Shown here: one piece after another, positions 1 to 8,528 of the stretch | Layout of the letters: every line of letters begins with the position of its first letter | Numbering within the stretch: position 1 is the stretch's first letter | Assembly: GCF_000179635.2 (NCBI RefSeq) | Contig: NC_014833.1 | Coordinates: forward strand, 1,800,001-1,832,000 | Source: Ruminococcus albus 7 = DSM 20455 | GTDB taxonomy: Bacteria; Bacillota; Clostridia; Oscillospirales; Ruminococcaceae | DNA length: 32,000 nt | Direction: 5' to 3' | Notes under the pieces: model-generated | Told to the model about the DNA's origin: nothing | What the model saw: the letters and a program-made list of their open reading frames with translations, nothing else | Databases searched by the model: none | Translations under genes and position numbers: made by a program

Positions 1-441
1 ACAGATGAAAAGATATTCCCTGCGGCTGCGATGTACCTTAGCGCTAAAGAATTCATGACTGATGAACAGGCTTATTCGGTCATTGAGAATTCATCCATTA
101 AGATATGTAATAAGATAGGTCCGCTTAAAGCTTTAATGAAGATACCCTTTATGCCAGGATTATTCATAAAGATGTGGGACATTGTGACTAAGAAAAGCTT
201 TGGGTCTGCCTGTGGATTTGAAAACAGATTTTACCCTAAAGAAAAAGGTGCTTACCGTATGGATATCCTTGAATGCCCGTACTGCAGATACTTTACTGAA
301 CTTGGGTGCCCCGAGCTTACAAAGATATTCTGTGAGAATGATGAGCGAGTTTACGGGGATCTGCCCGGTATCGTATTTGAACGTAAAGGAACGCTGGGCA
401 AGGGTGCAGACAGGTGCGATTTTTACATAAGAAAGACGTGA
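1..441 (+). CDS. ATC-hydrolase-family protein (L-2-amino-thiazoline-4-carboxylic acid hydrolase-like), 5' end outside window
   Basis: Frame 1 is open from nt 1, so the ATG at 31 may be internal. The C-terminal Cys-rich signature ECPYCRYFTELGCPELTKIFCENDERVY...GADRCDFYI is typical of ATC_hydrolase-type proteins. A hairpin terminator follows. Confidence 0.6.
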   Translation, partial: TDEKIFPAAAMYLSAKEFMTDEQAYSVIENSSIKICNKIGPLKALMKIPFMPGLFIKMWDIVTKKSFGSACGFENRFYPKEKGAYRMDILECPYCRYFTELGCPELTKIFCENDERVYGDLPGIVFERKGTLGKGADRCDFYIRKT

Positions 442-464
442 TCGTTTACCGATAATAATAAAAA

Positions 465-494
465 GAAGTCTGTGAGTTCATGCTCGCAGACTTC
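465..494. terminator. Bidirectional hairpin between convergent genes
   Basis: 12-bp stem gaagtctgtgag / ctcgcagacttc (one G-U pair) with a 6-nt loop. An A-run lies upstream and TTT downstream. Confidence 0.55.
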
Positions 495-522
495 TTTCCG
501 TATTATCAAATTTATAATGTGT

Positions 523-3138
523 TCAGGCTTTCTTTACCTTTTTCACAAGCACAACAATCTCGTGTGCCAAAAGCGGCATTATGGAGAGCACAAGTACCAG
601 TCCCCACATAGGAAGTGTCATCTGAACTGTATCGAATATATTTCTGAAAAACGGTATCTCGGTAACTGCAAGCTGACCAAGAAGACCTACTGCAAAAGCA
701 AGTATCATTATCTTGTTATCCAGATGATTGAATTTGAACAGTGAAGTCTCTGTATCACGCATACCTATCGCATGGAAAAGTTCGGATACGGCAAGAGTGC
801 AGAATGCAAGTGTCTGTGACTGCATGAGTATCTGCTTATCGGAAAAACGATCAATGATATTTTTAAGAGTGTATGCTGTTCCCGAAGCTGAAAGATCCCT
901 GATAGGAGCGTACAGGAAAGCGATGAGAGTTACCACAGCAATTATCACGCTGTAAAGACCTACCTTGAAATATCCGCCGTCAGCGAAGATTGATTCGCCG
1001 TTCTTACGGGGTCTCTTGTTCATAACGTCAGATGACGAGTTGGGGTCAACACCCAGGGCAAAGCAAGGGAGGGAGTCGGTTAGAAGGTTTACCCACAGTA
1101 TGTGTACAGCTTTCAGCGGTGCTGCAAAGCCTGCAGCGATAGCCGCAAACATCACAACTACCTCGCTGATATTAGATGAAAGGGCAAAGAGGATAGACTT
1201 CTTTACGTTCTCATAGATGTTTCTGCCTTCCTTGACAGCCTTTTCTATGGTGGTGAATTTATCGTCCTGAAGCACGATATCTGCGGCACCCTTGGCAACA
1301 TCGGTACCTGTTATACCCATTGCAACGCCGACATCAGCTGCTTTCAGCGAGGGTGCATCGTTAACGCCGTCACCTGTCATAGAAGCGATATTGTTGTTAG
1401 CCTGTATCGCCTTGACTATCTTTACCTTATGTTCGGGTGAAACTCTTGCAAATATGGAGAGACCAGAAACTCTGTTACGGAGTTCTTCATCGCTCATCTC
1501 GTCAAGCTCGTGACCCATTACACACTCATCGGGTCTTTCTGCTATGCCCAGCTTTTTGGCGATAGCAAGGGCGGTATCCTTGTGGTCGCCAGTTATCATT
1601 ACAGTCTTGATACCTGCACGCTTGAAGGTCTTGATAGATTCCACTACCTCGGGTCTTTCGGGGTCTATCATACCTATCATGCCGATGTAGGTGAGTCCCT
1701 GCTCAACAGCGTCCCTGTTATCCTCACGTACAGCAAGTGAAAGCACTCTCAGCGCTTCAAAGGACATTTCAGACATAGCGTTTGATATAAGAGCCATATC
1801 CTCATTTGTTATCTCACGCACAGTGCCGTTTACCCTGATGTGGGTACAGCGCATGAGCAGTTCATCGGTGGAGCCTTTGGTGTAGGATATTATCTTTCCG
1901 TCCTCGGTGGTGTGGACGGTGGTCATAAGCTTTCTTTCCGAGTCGAAAGCCTTCTCGTTGATACGTGGTACAGACTTTTCTGTAACGGACTTTTCTATAC
2001 CGTATCTCTTGGCAAAGGCTACGAGAGCAGTCTCGGTAGGGTCGCCTACCTCGGTGCCGTCGGATGCTATCGAAGCATCGTTGCAAAGCATAAGACCCTT
2101 GATGAGGGTATCATGCTTATCCTTGTCAAGTGTATCAAGGTCGATGTACTCACCGTTCTCGAATGCCTTTACAACGGTCATCCTGTTCTGTGTAAGTGTG
2201 CCTGTCTTATCGGAACAAACATAGCTTACAGCACCAAGAGTCTCAACGGCGGGCATATTCTTTACAATGGCGTTTATCTTAGCCATTCTCTGCATACCCA
2301 GAGCCAGCACTATGGTAACGATAGTGGGTATACCCTCGGGTATAGCTGCAACAGCAAGTGAAACGGCTGTCATCAGGAGTTCAAGCACCTCTCTGCCCTG
2401 TACGATGCCTATAAGGAACACTATGGCGCATATAACGATAACTGCTATGCCGAGGGTACGGCTGAGTTCGTTCATGCCCTTCTGCAGGGGTGAGGGCTTT
2501 TCCTTCTCCTGTCCAACCATATCGGCTATCTTTCCTATCTGTGTATCCATACCCGTATGTACTACCTCGCCTATACCTCTTCCGTAGGTAACGACAGTGG
2601 TCATATATGCAAGGTCAAGGCGGTCGCCTATACCTGTCTTTTCATCAGCTACGAACTTCTCATCCTTCTCGACAGGAACAGATTCGCCTGTGAGCGCCTT
2701 TTCGTCCATCATCAGGCGTGCTGTTTCAAGCAGTTTCAGGTCGGCAGGGACTTGCTTTCCGGCTTCCAGTACAACGATATCGCCTACAACAAGTTCCTCC
2801 GAGGATATTTCCTTGGTCTCGCCGTCACGTATAACAGTGGCTTTCAGCACAGACATTTTCTTCAGTGCATCAAGTGCCTTCTGTGCTTTGCCTTCCTGTA
2901 CTACGCCTATCACCGCATTGGCTATGACGATAACGAGCATGATTATCGCTTCGCCGTAGTCATGCAGTATTATGGATATGATGATAGCCGCACCCAGTAT
3001 CGCATTAGTGAAATTAAGTATCTGTGCGAGGAACATCTGCAATACTGTTTTTTGCTTTTCCTCTTTCAGGCAGTTTCGTCCGTTTTCGAGCAGACGTTTT
3101 TCGGCTTCAGCCTGAGAAAGCCCTGTGAATTTACTCAT
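523..3138 (-). CDS. Cation-translocating P-type ATPase (P2, Ca2+-ATPase-like)
   Basis: 871 aa. Motifs seen: actuator LTGES, phosphorylation site CSDKTGTLT, hinge MTGDGVNDAPSLK, and multiple TM segments at both ends. The RBS AAAGGAG lies upstream of the ATG. Confidence 0.95.
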   Translation of the reverse strand: MSKFTGLSQAEAEKRLLENGRNCLKEEKQKTVLQMFLAQILNFTNAILGAAIIISIILHDYGEAIIMLVIVIANAVIGVVQEGKAQKALDALKKMSVLKATVIRDGETKEISSEELVVGDIVVLEAGKQVPADLKLLETARLMMDEKALTGESVPVEKDEKFVADEKTGIGDRLDLAYMTTVVTYGRGIGEVVHTGMDTQIGKIADMVGQEKEKPSPLQKGMNELSRTLGIAVIVICAIVFLIGIVQGREVLELLMTAVSLAVAAIPEGIPTIVTIVLALGMQRMAKINAIVKNMPAVETLGAVSYVCSDKTGTLTQNRMTVVKAFENGEYIDLDTLDKDKHDTLIKGLMLCNDASIASDGTEVGDPTETALVAFAKRYGIEKSVTEKSVPRINEKAFDSERKLMTTVHTTEDGKIISYTKGSTDELLMRCTHIRVNGTVREITNEDMALISNAMSEMSFEALRVLSLAVREDNRDAVEQGLTYIGMIGMIDPERPEVVESIKTFKRAGIKTVMITGDHKDTALAIAKKLGIAERPDECVMGHELDEMSDEELRNRVSGLSIFARVSPEHKVKIVKAIQANNNIASMTGDGVNDAPSLKAADVGVAMGITGTDVAKGAADIVLQDDKFTTIEKAVKEGRNIYENVKKSILFALSSNISEVVVMFAAIAAGFAAPLKAVHILWVNLLTDSLPCFALGVDPNSSSDVMNKRPRKNGESIFADGGYFKVGLYSVIIAVVTLIAFLYAPIRDLSASGTAYTLKNIIDRFSDKQILMQSQTLAFCTLAVSELFHAIGMRDTETSLFKFNHLDNKIMILAFAVGLLGQLAVTEIPFFRNIFDTVQMTLPMWGLVLVLSIMPLLAHEIVVLVKKVKKA

Positions 3139-3191
3139 AGCAGTATTTACTCCTTTTCATCAAATGATGCATATCTGCACTAGTGATTACT

Positions 3192-3220
3192 ATTATAACA
3201 TTTTGTTCATTCTTTGTCAA
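3192..3220 (-). promoter_or_regulatory. Consensus sigma-A-type promoter of the P-type ATPase gene
   Basis: The minus strand reads TTGACA, a 17-nt spacer, then TATAAT, about 50 nt upstream of the ATG at 3138. Confidence 0.5.
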
Positions 3221-3277
3221 CGCTGAAAATGGTAATATGGTAAAGTTTGATATTATATATCAATTCATAAATATATA

Positions 3278-3307
3278 TTGAACTGTTCAAGAAAATTATG
3301 ATATAAT
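3278..3307 (+). promoter_or_regulatory. Candidate promoter for the toxin-like gene
   Basis: TTGAAC, an 18-nt spacer, then TATAAT preceded by TGa (extended -10). This leaves a leader of about 200 nt before the ATG at 3510. Confidence 0.35.
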
Positions 3308-3509
3308 ATATCGGAGTAAATAGATTCAAAACTAATGCTTTATCAGTCGAAGTGGAGAGCGATCTTGCTGCCCGTATATCGAATGATGAAGAAAAGATCC
3401 TTACTGCCCATAACGAATTTTCGGAAAGGCATTGTTTATAAGGAAGTTAACGATATGAAGAGATTAAGGCTATAGAAAAACTTAGCCGGTTTTTGATCGA
3501 GGTGAAATT

Positions 3510-5117
3510 ATGGCTACCATAACATTGAGAAAAAGTAAATTTGACGGATTGGGAAGCGTACTTGACAAGCTTTGCTCGAGCTTTGGAAATTATGACGCTA
3601 CTATGAAGGAACTCAAGCGTTCTGCGGGTGGTGTTGACAGCTCTACCTGCAATCTGGAAGACGTTATTGATGATATTTCCAATTCTGAAGAAAGCAAAGA
3701 AGAAAAGGTCAAGAGGGCGAAAGAACTTAAATCCAAGCTGGATACCTTTGTTAAATCTGCAGTTCAGCGTGAAAAAGATGCGGCAGATGAGATAGTAAAG
3801 AAGAAAAAAGAATTCTATAAGAAATACGATTACCTCAAACCGGACTCTGAGAAGAGTTTCTGGGAGAGGATGGGAGATAAGATCTCAGGTGCTGCAAAAG
3901 CCATTGGAAAATGGATGCTGGATCATCTTGATGTGATCATTGCTGCAGTAATTATTATTGCGGCAATAGTCATATGTGTTTTCTGTCCTGCGACTGCGAT
4001 CGCGATCATCGGAATAGTAGTGAGCGCTCTATCGGCAGTGATGGGAATTGCAGATCTTGTATGCATGGCTACTCACGGCGGCAAGGATATTGCTCCTGTT
4101 CTGGCTGATAGCGGACATGGTACTTTAGCAAAGATATGGAAAGGAACAAGCACCGGATTAGATGTCGCTTCTATGATCCTGCCTGTGGGTGCGGGTATAA
4201 AATCTGCTATGACAGTCGGCAAAAAAACGTTTGCTCAGGCTTCTAAAGCTATGCTGAAAGATACATGGAAGAGTATCAAAGGTATCCCCAAGGGTATTAA
4301 AGATGGTTTTGCCGCCTTTAAAACTGCTTGTAAGTCTGATGGCTTTATGAAAACATTAGGCAAAACTGCATGGGGCGGATTCAAGAGCTTAACAGGACTT
4401 GATGATATCGCAGAACTGAAGAATATCGGAAAGATAAAGAACAATTCTTTAGTAGCTCTTTCGAGTAAAAACTGGGATGTAGATCTTGACAATATGCGTA
4501 TGACACCTAAAACGGATAAAGCTCGGAATGCACTTGAAGATGCTAGTAACAAGTTAAATCTGAATGCGAAGTTGGATTCTGTTCCATTAACTAAGAACGG
4601 TAAACTGATCGATGTTGATTGGGATAAGATCAGTATGAAGATAGACCTGCCTGATGGGGGAGGTACAATAACACACCTTGGTAAGGATCAGGGCTTTGAT
4701 ATGAAAAACCTGGGATTTGGCGGTGTTAGAGGAAAGGATTATGATTATGCTGTCGAAAAGTTTATAAGTACAGATTATGACAGATTTGGTAATTCAATTA
4801 GAAATGAAATATATGGTAATGCCGGTTCAAGAGTCAATACTACTCTTAATGATGTCTTTGGCACAAATGGTGTAAGATATACTTCAACCAGTAAGAAAAC
4901 AGGTTTGTTTAACTCTTCCGGATTTACTGCTCACGAAAATTATAACATGATGTATGAACATTTTGTTCCTACTGAACTTCATGATATAATATCTCATAGT
5001 GGCGGTACTTCTCATTTAGTGAATGAAATCAGTAAAATCAGGAATATTGATCATTTATTTATGAGAAGTGGTGTAAGTACATTAATTAATGGTACGCAGG
5101 CTGTTTTATCGGATTAA
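3510..5117 (+). CDS. Membrane-spanning polymorphic-toxin-like protein (helical N-terminus, two TM helices, PT-TG-like segment, HNH/EndoVII-like C-terminus)
   Basis: 535 aa with RBS GAGGTG 6 nt upstream and no signal peptide. There is a charged helical N-terminal region. The hydrophobic stretch is VIIAAVIIIAAIVICVFCPATAIAIIGIVVSALSAVMGIADLV. The C-terminal motif is GFTAHENYN..PTELHDIISHSGGTSHLVNEISKIRNIDH. The CDS call is solid, but the functional call is only about 0.4. Confidence 0.75.
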   Translation: MATITLRKSKFDGLGSVLDKLCSSFGNYDATMKELKRSAGGVDSSTCNLEDVIDDISNSEESKEEKVKRAKELKSKLDTFVKSAVQREKDAADEIVKKKKEFYKKYDYLKPDSEKSFWERMGDKISGAAKAIGKWMLDHLDVIIAAVIIIAAIVICVFCPATAIAIIGIVVSALSAVMGIADLVCMATHGGKDIAPVLADSGHGTLAKIWKGTSTGLDVASMILPVGAGIKSAMTVGKKTFAQASKAMLKDTWKSIKGIPKGIKDGFAAFKTACKSDGFMKTLGKTAWGGFKSLTGLDDIAELKNIGKIKNNSLVALSSKNWDVDLDNMRMTPKTDKARNALEDASNKLNLNAKLDSVPLTKNGKLIDVDWDKISMKIDLPDGGGTITHLGKDQGFDMKNLGFGGVRGKDYDYAVEKFISTDYDRFGNSIRNEIYGNAGSRVNTTLNDVFGTNGVRYTSTSKKTGLFNSSGFTAHENYNMMYEHFVPTELHDIISHSGGTSHLVNEISKIRNIDHLFMRSGVSTLINGTQAVLSD

Positions 5118-5134
5118 TGAAAGGAAATTAAGTT

Positions 5135-5596
5135 ATGTTTTTTAGAAAACCCAAAAAGGAAAAAAAAGAAAACGAAAAAATAACCAATTCAGTTTTTGGA
5201 GATCTTGAATTTATTGACTGTGCCTGGGAAGGAGATTCGGTAAGTTCTTTGTTTGGTGAAGAAAAAACTATTGATCTGTATGTATATGCTGATGAAGATG
5301 AAAAGATCATTGAAGAGAACCAGGAAAAAGTTTATCAGAATTATATTCGTAATCGGACGGAAATTGAAGAGGCTGTCAGAAAAGTGATCTTTAAAGAATT
5401 TAAGCTTCCGGAAGATTTTGATCTCAGTTCACGTTTCAGAGAGAGTTCCATAATTGTGACCTGTGACGGTAATTGCGGCATAGCCATCGTTGACAACACG
5501 TATGAAATGGGACATAACCGTTTTAAATTTGTGGTCGAAACCGAACCGGACTACGAATTCACAGATTCAGAAGAGTATTATTTAGAAACTAAATGA
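5135..5596 (+). CDS. Putative cognate immunity protein (acidic, cytoplasmic, 153 aa)
   Basis: It starts 17 nt after the toxin-like gene stop and has its own RBS, AAAGGAAA. It is strongly acidic with no TM segment or signal peptide. The immunity call rests on position and composition only. Confidence 0.55.
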   Translation: MFFRKPKKEKKENEKITNSVFGDLEFIDCAWEGDSVSSLFGEEKTIDLYVYADEDEKIIEENQEKVYQNYIRNRTEIEEAVRKVIFKEFKLPEDFDLSSRFRESSIIVTCDGNCGIAIVDNTYEMGHNRFKFVVETEPDYEFTDSEEYYLETK

Positions 5597-5687
5597 CATC
5601 GCAGCTATTATGGAGCTGCCGGATCGAAGTAATATGAAAAATCTGCATACTTAACAACTGATACCGAAAATTTCATAAAACACAACA

Positions 5688-5720
5688 AAGCATGGAGTCA
5701 CAAATCGGGACTCCATGCTT
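5688..5720. terminator. Hairpin terminator shared by convergent genes
   Basis: 12-bp perfect stem aagcatggagtc / gactccatgctt with a 9-nt loop. On the minus strand a T-rich tract (ttgttgtgtttta) follows. Confidence 0.5.
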
Positions 5721-5761
5721 GATGTACAATATGGGGATATATGTGCGAAATTTTTTATTTG

Positions 5762-5968
5762 TTATTCTTTTACAAATTCAAAAAGATCACCTGGCTGACA
5801 ATCGAGTGCATCGCATATAGCGTTCATAGTTTCAAAACGTATGCCTTTCATCTTGCTGGTTTTAAGGTTGGATAGGTTGACGTTTGACATCCCGACTTTT
5901 TCTGCCAGCTCATTCAAGGACATTTTGCGGTCAGCCATTATTCTGTCAAGTCTGATTATTATAGCCAT
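5762..5968 (-). CDS. Small XRE-family helix-turn-helix transcriptional regulator (YozG-like)
   Basis: 68 aa. The motif LDRIMADRKMSLNELAEKVGMSNVNLSNLKTSK is a typical Cro/C1 HTH. RBS AAAGGTGG. It sits immediately downstream of the DUF2975-like gene. Confidence 0.9.
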   Translation of the reverse strand: MAIIIRLDRIMADRKMSLNELAEKVGMSNVNLSNLKTSKMKGIRFETMNAICDALDCQPGDLFEFVKE

Positions 5969-5980
5969 ATAGTACCACCT

Positions 5981-6445
5981 TTACGCAATAAGGTCGTTTT
6001 CCTGCTGAAGTTTGAGACCGTAAACGAAAACTTCGGATATTAAACCGATGATTATACTTATTCCGATGACCAGGATGTTCATTGTATTATAGTTAAGCAC
6101 TCTGCAATATTCATGTTCTGAGATCGGTGTTGTAGTATAGGGCGGAACTAATGCACCGGTAACAAACAGGATAAATCCCATAATACGCAGCTTTGTGATT
6201 ATCTTTTTTGAAAAAGGCTTTCCTGTTTTGCGTATCTCAAGCAGTATCATCGCGAGAAGTCCCAACTCTGAAAAAATCGCTAAAGTGTAGATCCCATTTA
6301 TCAGTAGTTCGATCATTTGAGGATTGTTGATGTAGCTGATAAACTCACATATAGCTACAACTAATGATGTAAAGCATAAAAGACCGATCACTACTGAGTT
6401 AATGATAGAACGTTTTTTTAGTTTTTCGGATATTTTGGGGTTCAT
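5981..6445 (-). CDS. DUF2975-like integral membrane protein
   Basis: 154 aa with four hydrophobic segments and RBS AAAGGAGA. The pairing of this membrane protein with a small XRE HTH gene is a recurrent Firmicutes arrangement. Confidence 0.75.
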   Translation of the reverse strand: MNPKISEKLKKRSIINSVVIGLLCFTSLVVAICEFISYINNPQMIELLINGIYTLAIFSELGLLAMILLEIRKTGKPFSKKIITKLRIMGFILFVTGALVPPYTTTPISEHEYCRVLNYNTMNILVIGISIIIGLISEVFVYGLKLQQENDLIA

Positions 6446-6459
6446 AACAACATCTCCTT

Positions 6460-6561
6460 TTAAAGTAACACTTTAATTATTTTAAGTTTTCCTCGGCCGG
6501 TGAGTATATTGTATCACAAGAATTAAAGTGTGTCAATAAGTATTTAAAGTAATGCTTTAAA
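6460..6561 (-). promoter_or_regulatory. Promoter plus three TTAAAGT/ACTTTAA operator-like sites for the DUF2975-HTH operon
   Basis: The minus strand has TTGACA (6531-6536), a 17-nt spacer, then TGaTACAAT (6508-6513). Inverted repeats are ttaaagt-N3-actttaa (6460-6476) and tttaaag-N5-ctttaaa (6543-6561). A half-site lies at 6523-6529 inside the spacer. Confidence 0.45.
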
Positions 6562-6699
6562 TAACGTGATGATGTACAATTAGTGTGGCTAATATCAGCT
6601 TGGAATTGTTTGATATCACAAGAATGGTAAGTGCTATAATCGAAAACAGTAGTAATATGAAATATATCTGCAGAAAAAATGATCCAAGGAGTGAGGTCA

Positions 6700-7551
6700 A
6701 TGAATAGTATAGAAAATAAGACTTTTGATAAGGAAAGAGCCTTATATAATGTCCGTGATACTATTGTAAAGGGATGTACCTTTGCAGGTGCTGCCGATGG
6801 TGAATCTGTTCTGAAAGAAACAAGGAATATTATTATAGACAGCTGTACTTTTTCGCTTCGTTACCCTATATGGCACGCCAAAAAGTATGAACTGAGGAAC
6901 TCAAAGCTTGACGAAAAAACCAGAGCATCACTGTGGTACTCCGATGAGGGGATCATTGAAAATACTGATATTACCGGAGTTAAGGCGCTCAGAGAATGTA
7001 AAGATACGGTAATAAAAAATTGCAGGATAGAGTCACCTGAATTTGGTTGGAAAACTTTGGGTACAAAAATATCTGAGAGCAGGATCGTATCGGAGTATAT
7101 TTTCTTAGATGCCATGGATATTGAGATAGACAGGCTCGACTTCAAAGGAAAGTATTCATTCCAGTATGTCAGGGATATGAGAATAACAAATTCGGTACTT
7201 GATACGAAAGATGCTTTCTGGCACGCAAAAAATGTTACAGTAGTGGATTCTGTAATAAAGGGCGAGTATCTTGCATGGTTCTCTGAAGGTCTGACATTGA
7301 TAAGGTGTAAGGTGATCGGCACACAGCCGCTGTGCTATTGCAAGGATCTGAAACTTATAGACTGCGAAATGACAGACTGTGATCTTTCTTTTGAATATTC
7401 TGATGTGGAAGCTGATATCAAGGGACATATCGATTCGGTAAAAAATCCGAGATCGTGCAGGATAATCGCTGACAGCATAGGTGAGATAATCAAAGAAGAA
7501 TCGATCATAGAAAGTAATGCAGAGATCATTATAAACAAAACATCAACATAG
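6700..7551 (+). CDS. DUF3737-like right-handed beta-helix protein
   Basis: The start was moved to the ATG at 6700 (MNSIENK...) because AAGGAG lies 7-14 nt upstream. Repeated motifs (N/D)-x-x-I-x-x-C/S-x-F match the DUF3737 pattern. Confidence 0.75.
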   Translation: MNSIENKTFDKERALYNVRDTIVKGCTFAGAADGESVLKETRNIIIDSCTFSLRYPIWHAKKYELRNSKLDEKTRASLWYSDEGIIENTDITGVKALRECKDTVIKNCRIESPEFGWKTLGTKISESRIVSEYIFLDAMDIEIDRLDFKGKYSFQYVRDMRITNSVLDTKDAFWHAKNVTVVDSVIKGEYLAWFSEGLTLIRCKVIGTQPLCYCKDLKLIDCEMTDCDLSFEYSDVEADIKGHIDSVKNPRSCRIIADSIGEIIKEESIIESNAEIIINKTST

Positions 7552-7670
7552 GCAAATATTTCTACGGCAAAAAAACGGGTTGCTGATATTATCAATGCGA
7601 TCATTTATGAAATAATGTGACATTATATACATTAAGCTGTTTATAGTTGCAATTATTGTGTATGTGCTAA

Positions 7671-7710
7671 AAATGCAGAAGCCTCACTAAAATGTGAGCC
7701 TTCTGCATTT
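7671..7710. terminator. Bidirectional terminator between convergent genes
   Basis: 17-bp stem aaatgcagaagcctcac / gtgagccttctgcattt (one mismatch) with loop taaaat. It is flanked by A and T runs. Confidence 0.6.
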
Positions 7711-7728
7711 TATGTATTTCTTGCTTTG

Positions 7729-8445
7729 TCAGTGATCACCGCATCTGTGATTACCGCAGGAATGTCCTTCGCCATGTTCATGCCCATGGTGATCGCAGGT
7801 GGGGGCAGAGTTTTGTAAAAGTGTATTGGCAAGAAATGCCTTTACTGCTTCATCGGCACTTCCCATATTGCCTCCGTAGAGAGTGATGCCTGCCTCCTGC
7901 ATAGCCATCTGAGCGCCACCGCCGATACCTCCGCAGATAAGTACATCAACATCTGCATTTTTGAGGAATCCTGCAAGAGCGCCGTGTCCTGTGCCGTTTG
8001 TACCTACTACCTGTTCACTGAGGATCTTGCCGTCGGCAACATCGTAGAGCTTGAATTGTTCGGTCCTGCCAAAATGTTGAAATATAAGTCCGTTTTCATA
8101 GGTTACTGCGATTCTCATTATCGTACTTCCTTTCTGATTGATCATTTCTGATATTGTGTTGTAAAGAGTATAGTTTCCACCGGAAATCATGATGCGTCTG
8201 CCTTCTACAAGAGCTTGAGCCAGCTTTTTTCTTGCGCTTTCATATATTGCGGTTACAGTTGTTCTTGCAACGTTCATATCAGCAGCGCACTCCTCCTGAG
8301 TTTTTCCATTATAGTCAATAAGACGTATAGTTTCAAACTCGTCAAGTGATATTGTAACTGTGTCATTTGCCATATCCTGATCAGGTGCAAAGCTCCAGTA
8401 ATCGGGATAACAGCAGATCCGTCTTGCTTTCTGTGGTCTGGGCAT
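7729..8445 (-). CDS. DUF134 (UPF0251) putative DNA-binding domain fused to a NifB/NifX-type cofactor-binding-fold domain with a His/Cys-rich tail
   Basis: The N-terminus MPRPQKARRICCYPDYWSFAP is the DUF134 hallmark. The C-terminal half, MRIAVTYENGLIFQHFGRTEQFKLYD...VLICGGIGGGA, is NifX/NifB-like. The tail is CDHHGHEHGEGHSCGNHRCGDH. RBS AAGGAGA. Confidence 0.85.
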   Translation of the reverse strand: MPRPQKARRICCYPDYWSFAPDQDMANDTVTISLDEFETIRLIDYNGKTQEECAADMNVARTTVTAIYESARKKLAQALVEGRRIMISGGNYTLYNTISEMINQKGSTIMRIAVTYENGLIFQHFGRTEQFKLYDVADGKILSEQVVGTNGTGHGALAGFLKNADVDVLICGGIGGGAQMAMQEAGITLYGGNMGSADEAVKAFLANTLLQNSAPTCDHHGHEHGEGHSCGNHRCGDH

Positions 8446-8460
8446 ATCAGCATCTCCTTC

Positions 8461-8503
8461 CTGACTTATGTCAATTATAACACGATTTCTGACTTATGTC
8501 AAT
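8461..8503 (-). promoter_or_regulatory. Consensus promoter with a duplicated 15-bp operator-like element
   Basis: The minus strand reads TTGACA (8497-8502), a 17-nt spacer, then TATAAT (8474-8479). The 15-mer ctgacttatgtcaat occurs twice, at 8461-8475 and 8489-8503. Each copy contains the palindrome TGAC-N4-GTCA. Confidence 0.55.
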
Positions 8504-8528
8504 AATAAGAATGTTTTCATTTGTTATG

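Noticed and set aside
728-3183. Numerous + strand ORFs (60-208 aa) inside the ATPase gene
   Set aside because: They lie antisense to a strongly supported 871-aa gene. They have no RBSs, low-complexity translations and no recognisable motifs.
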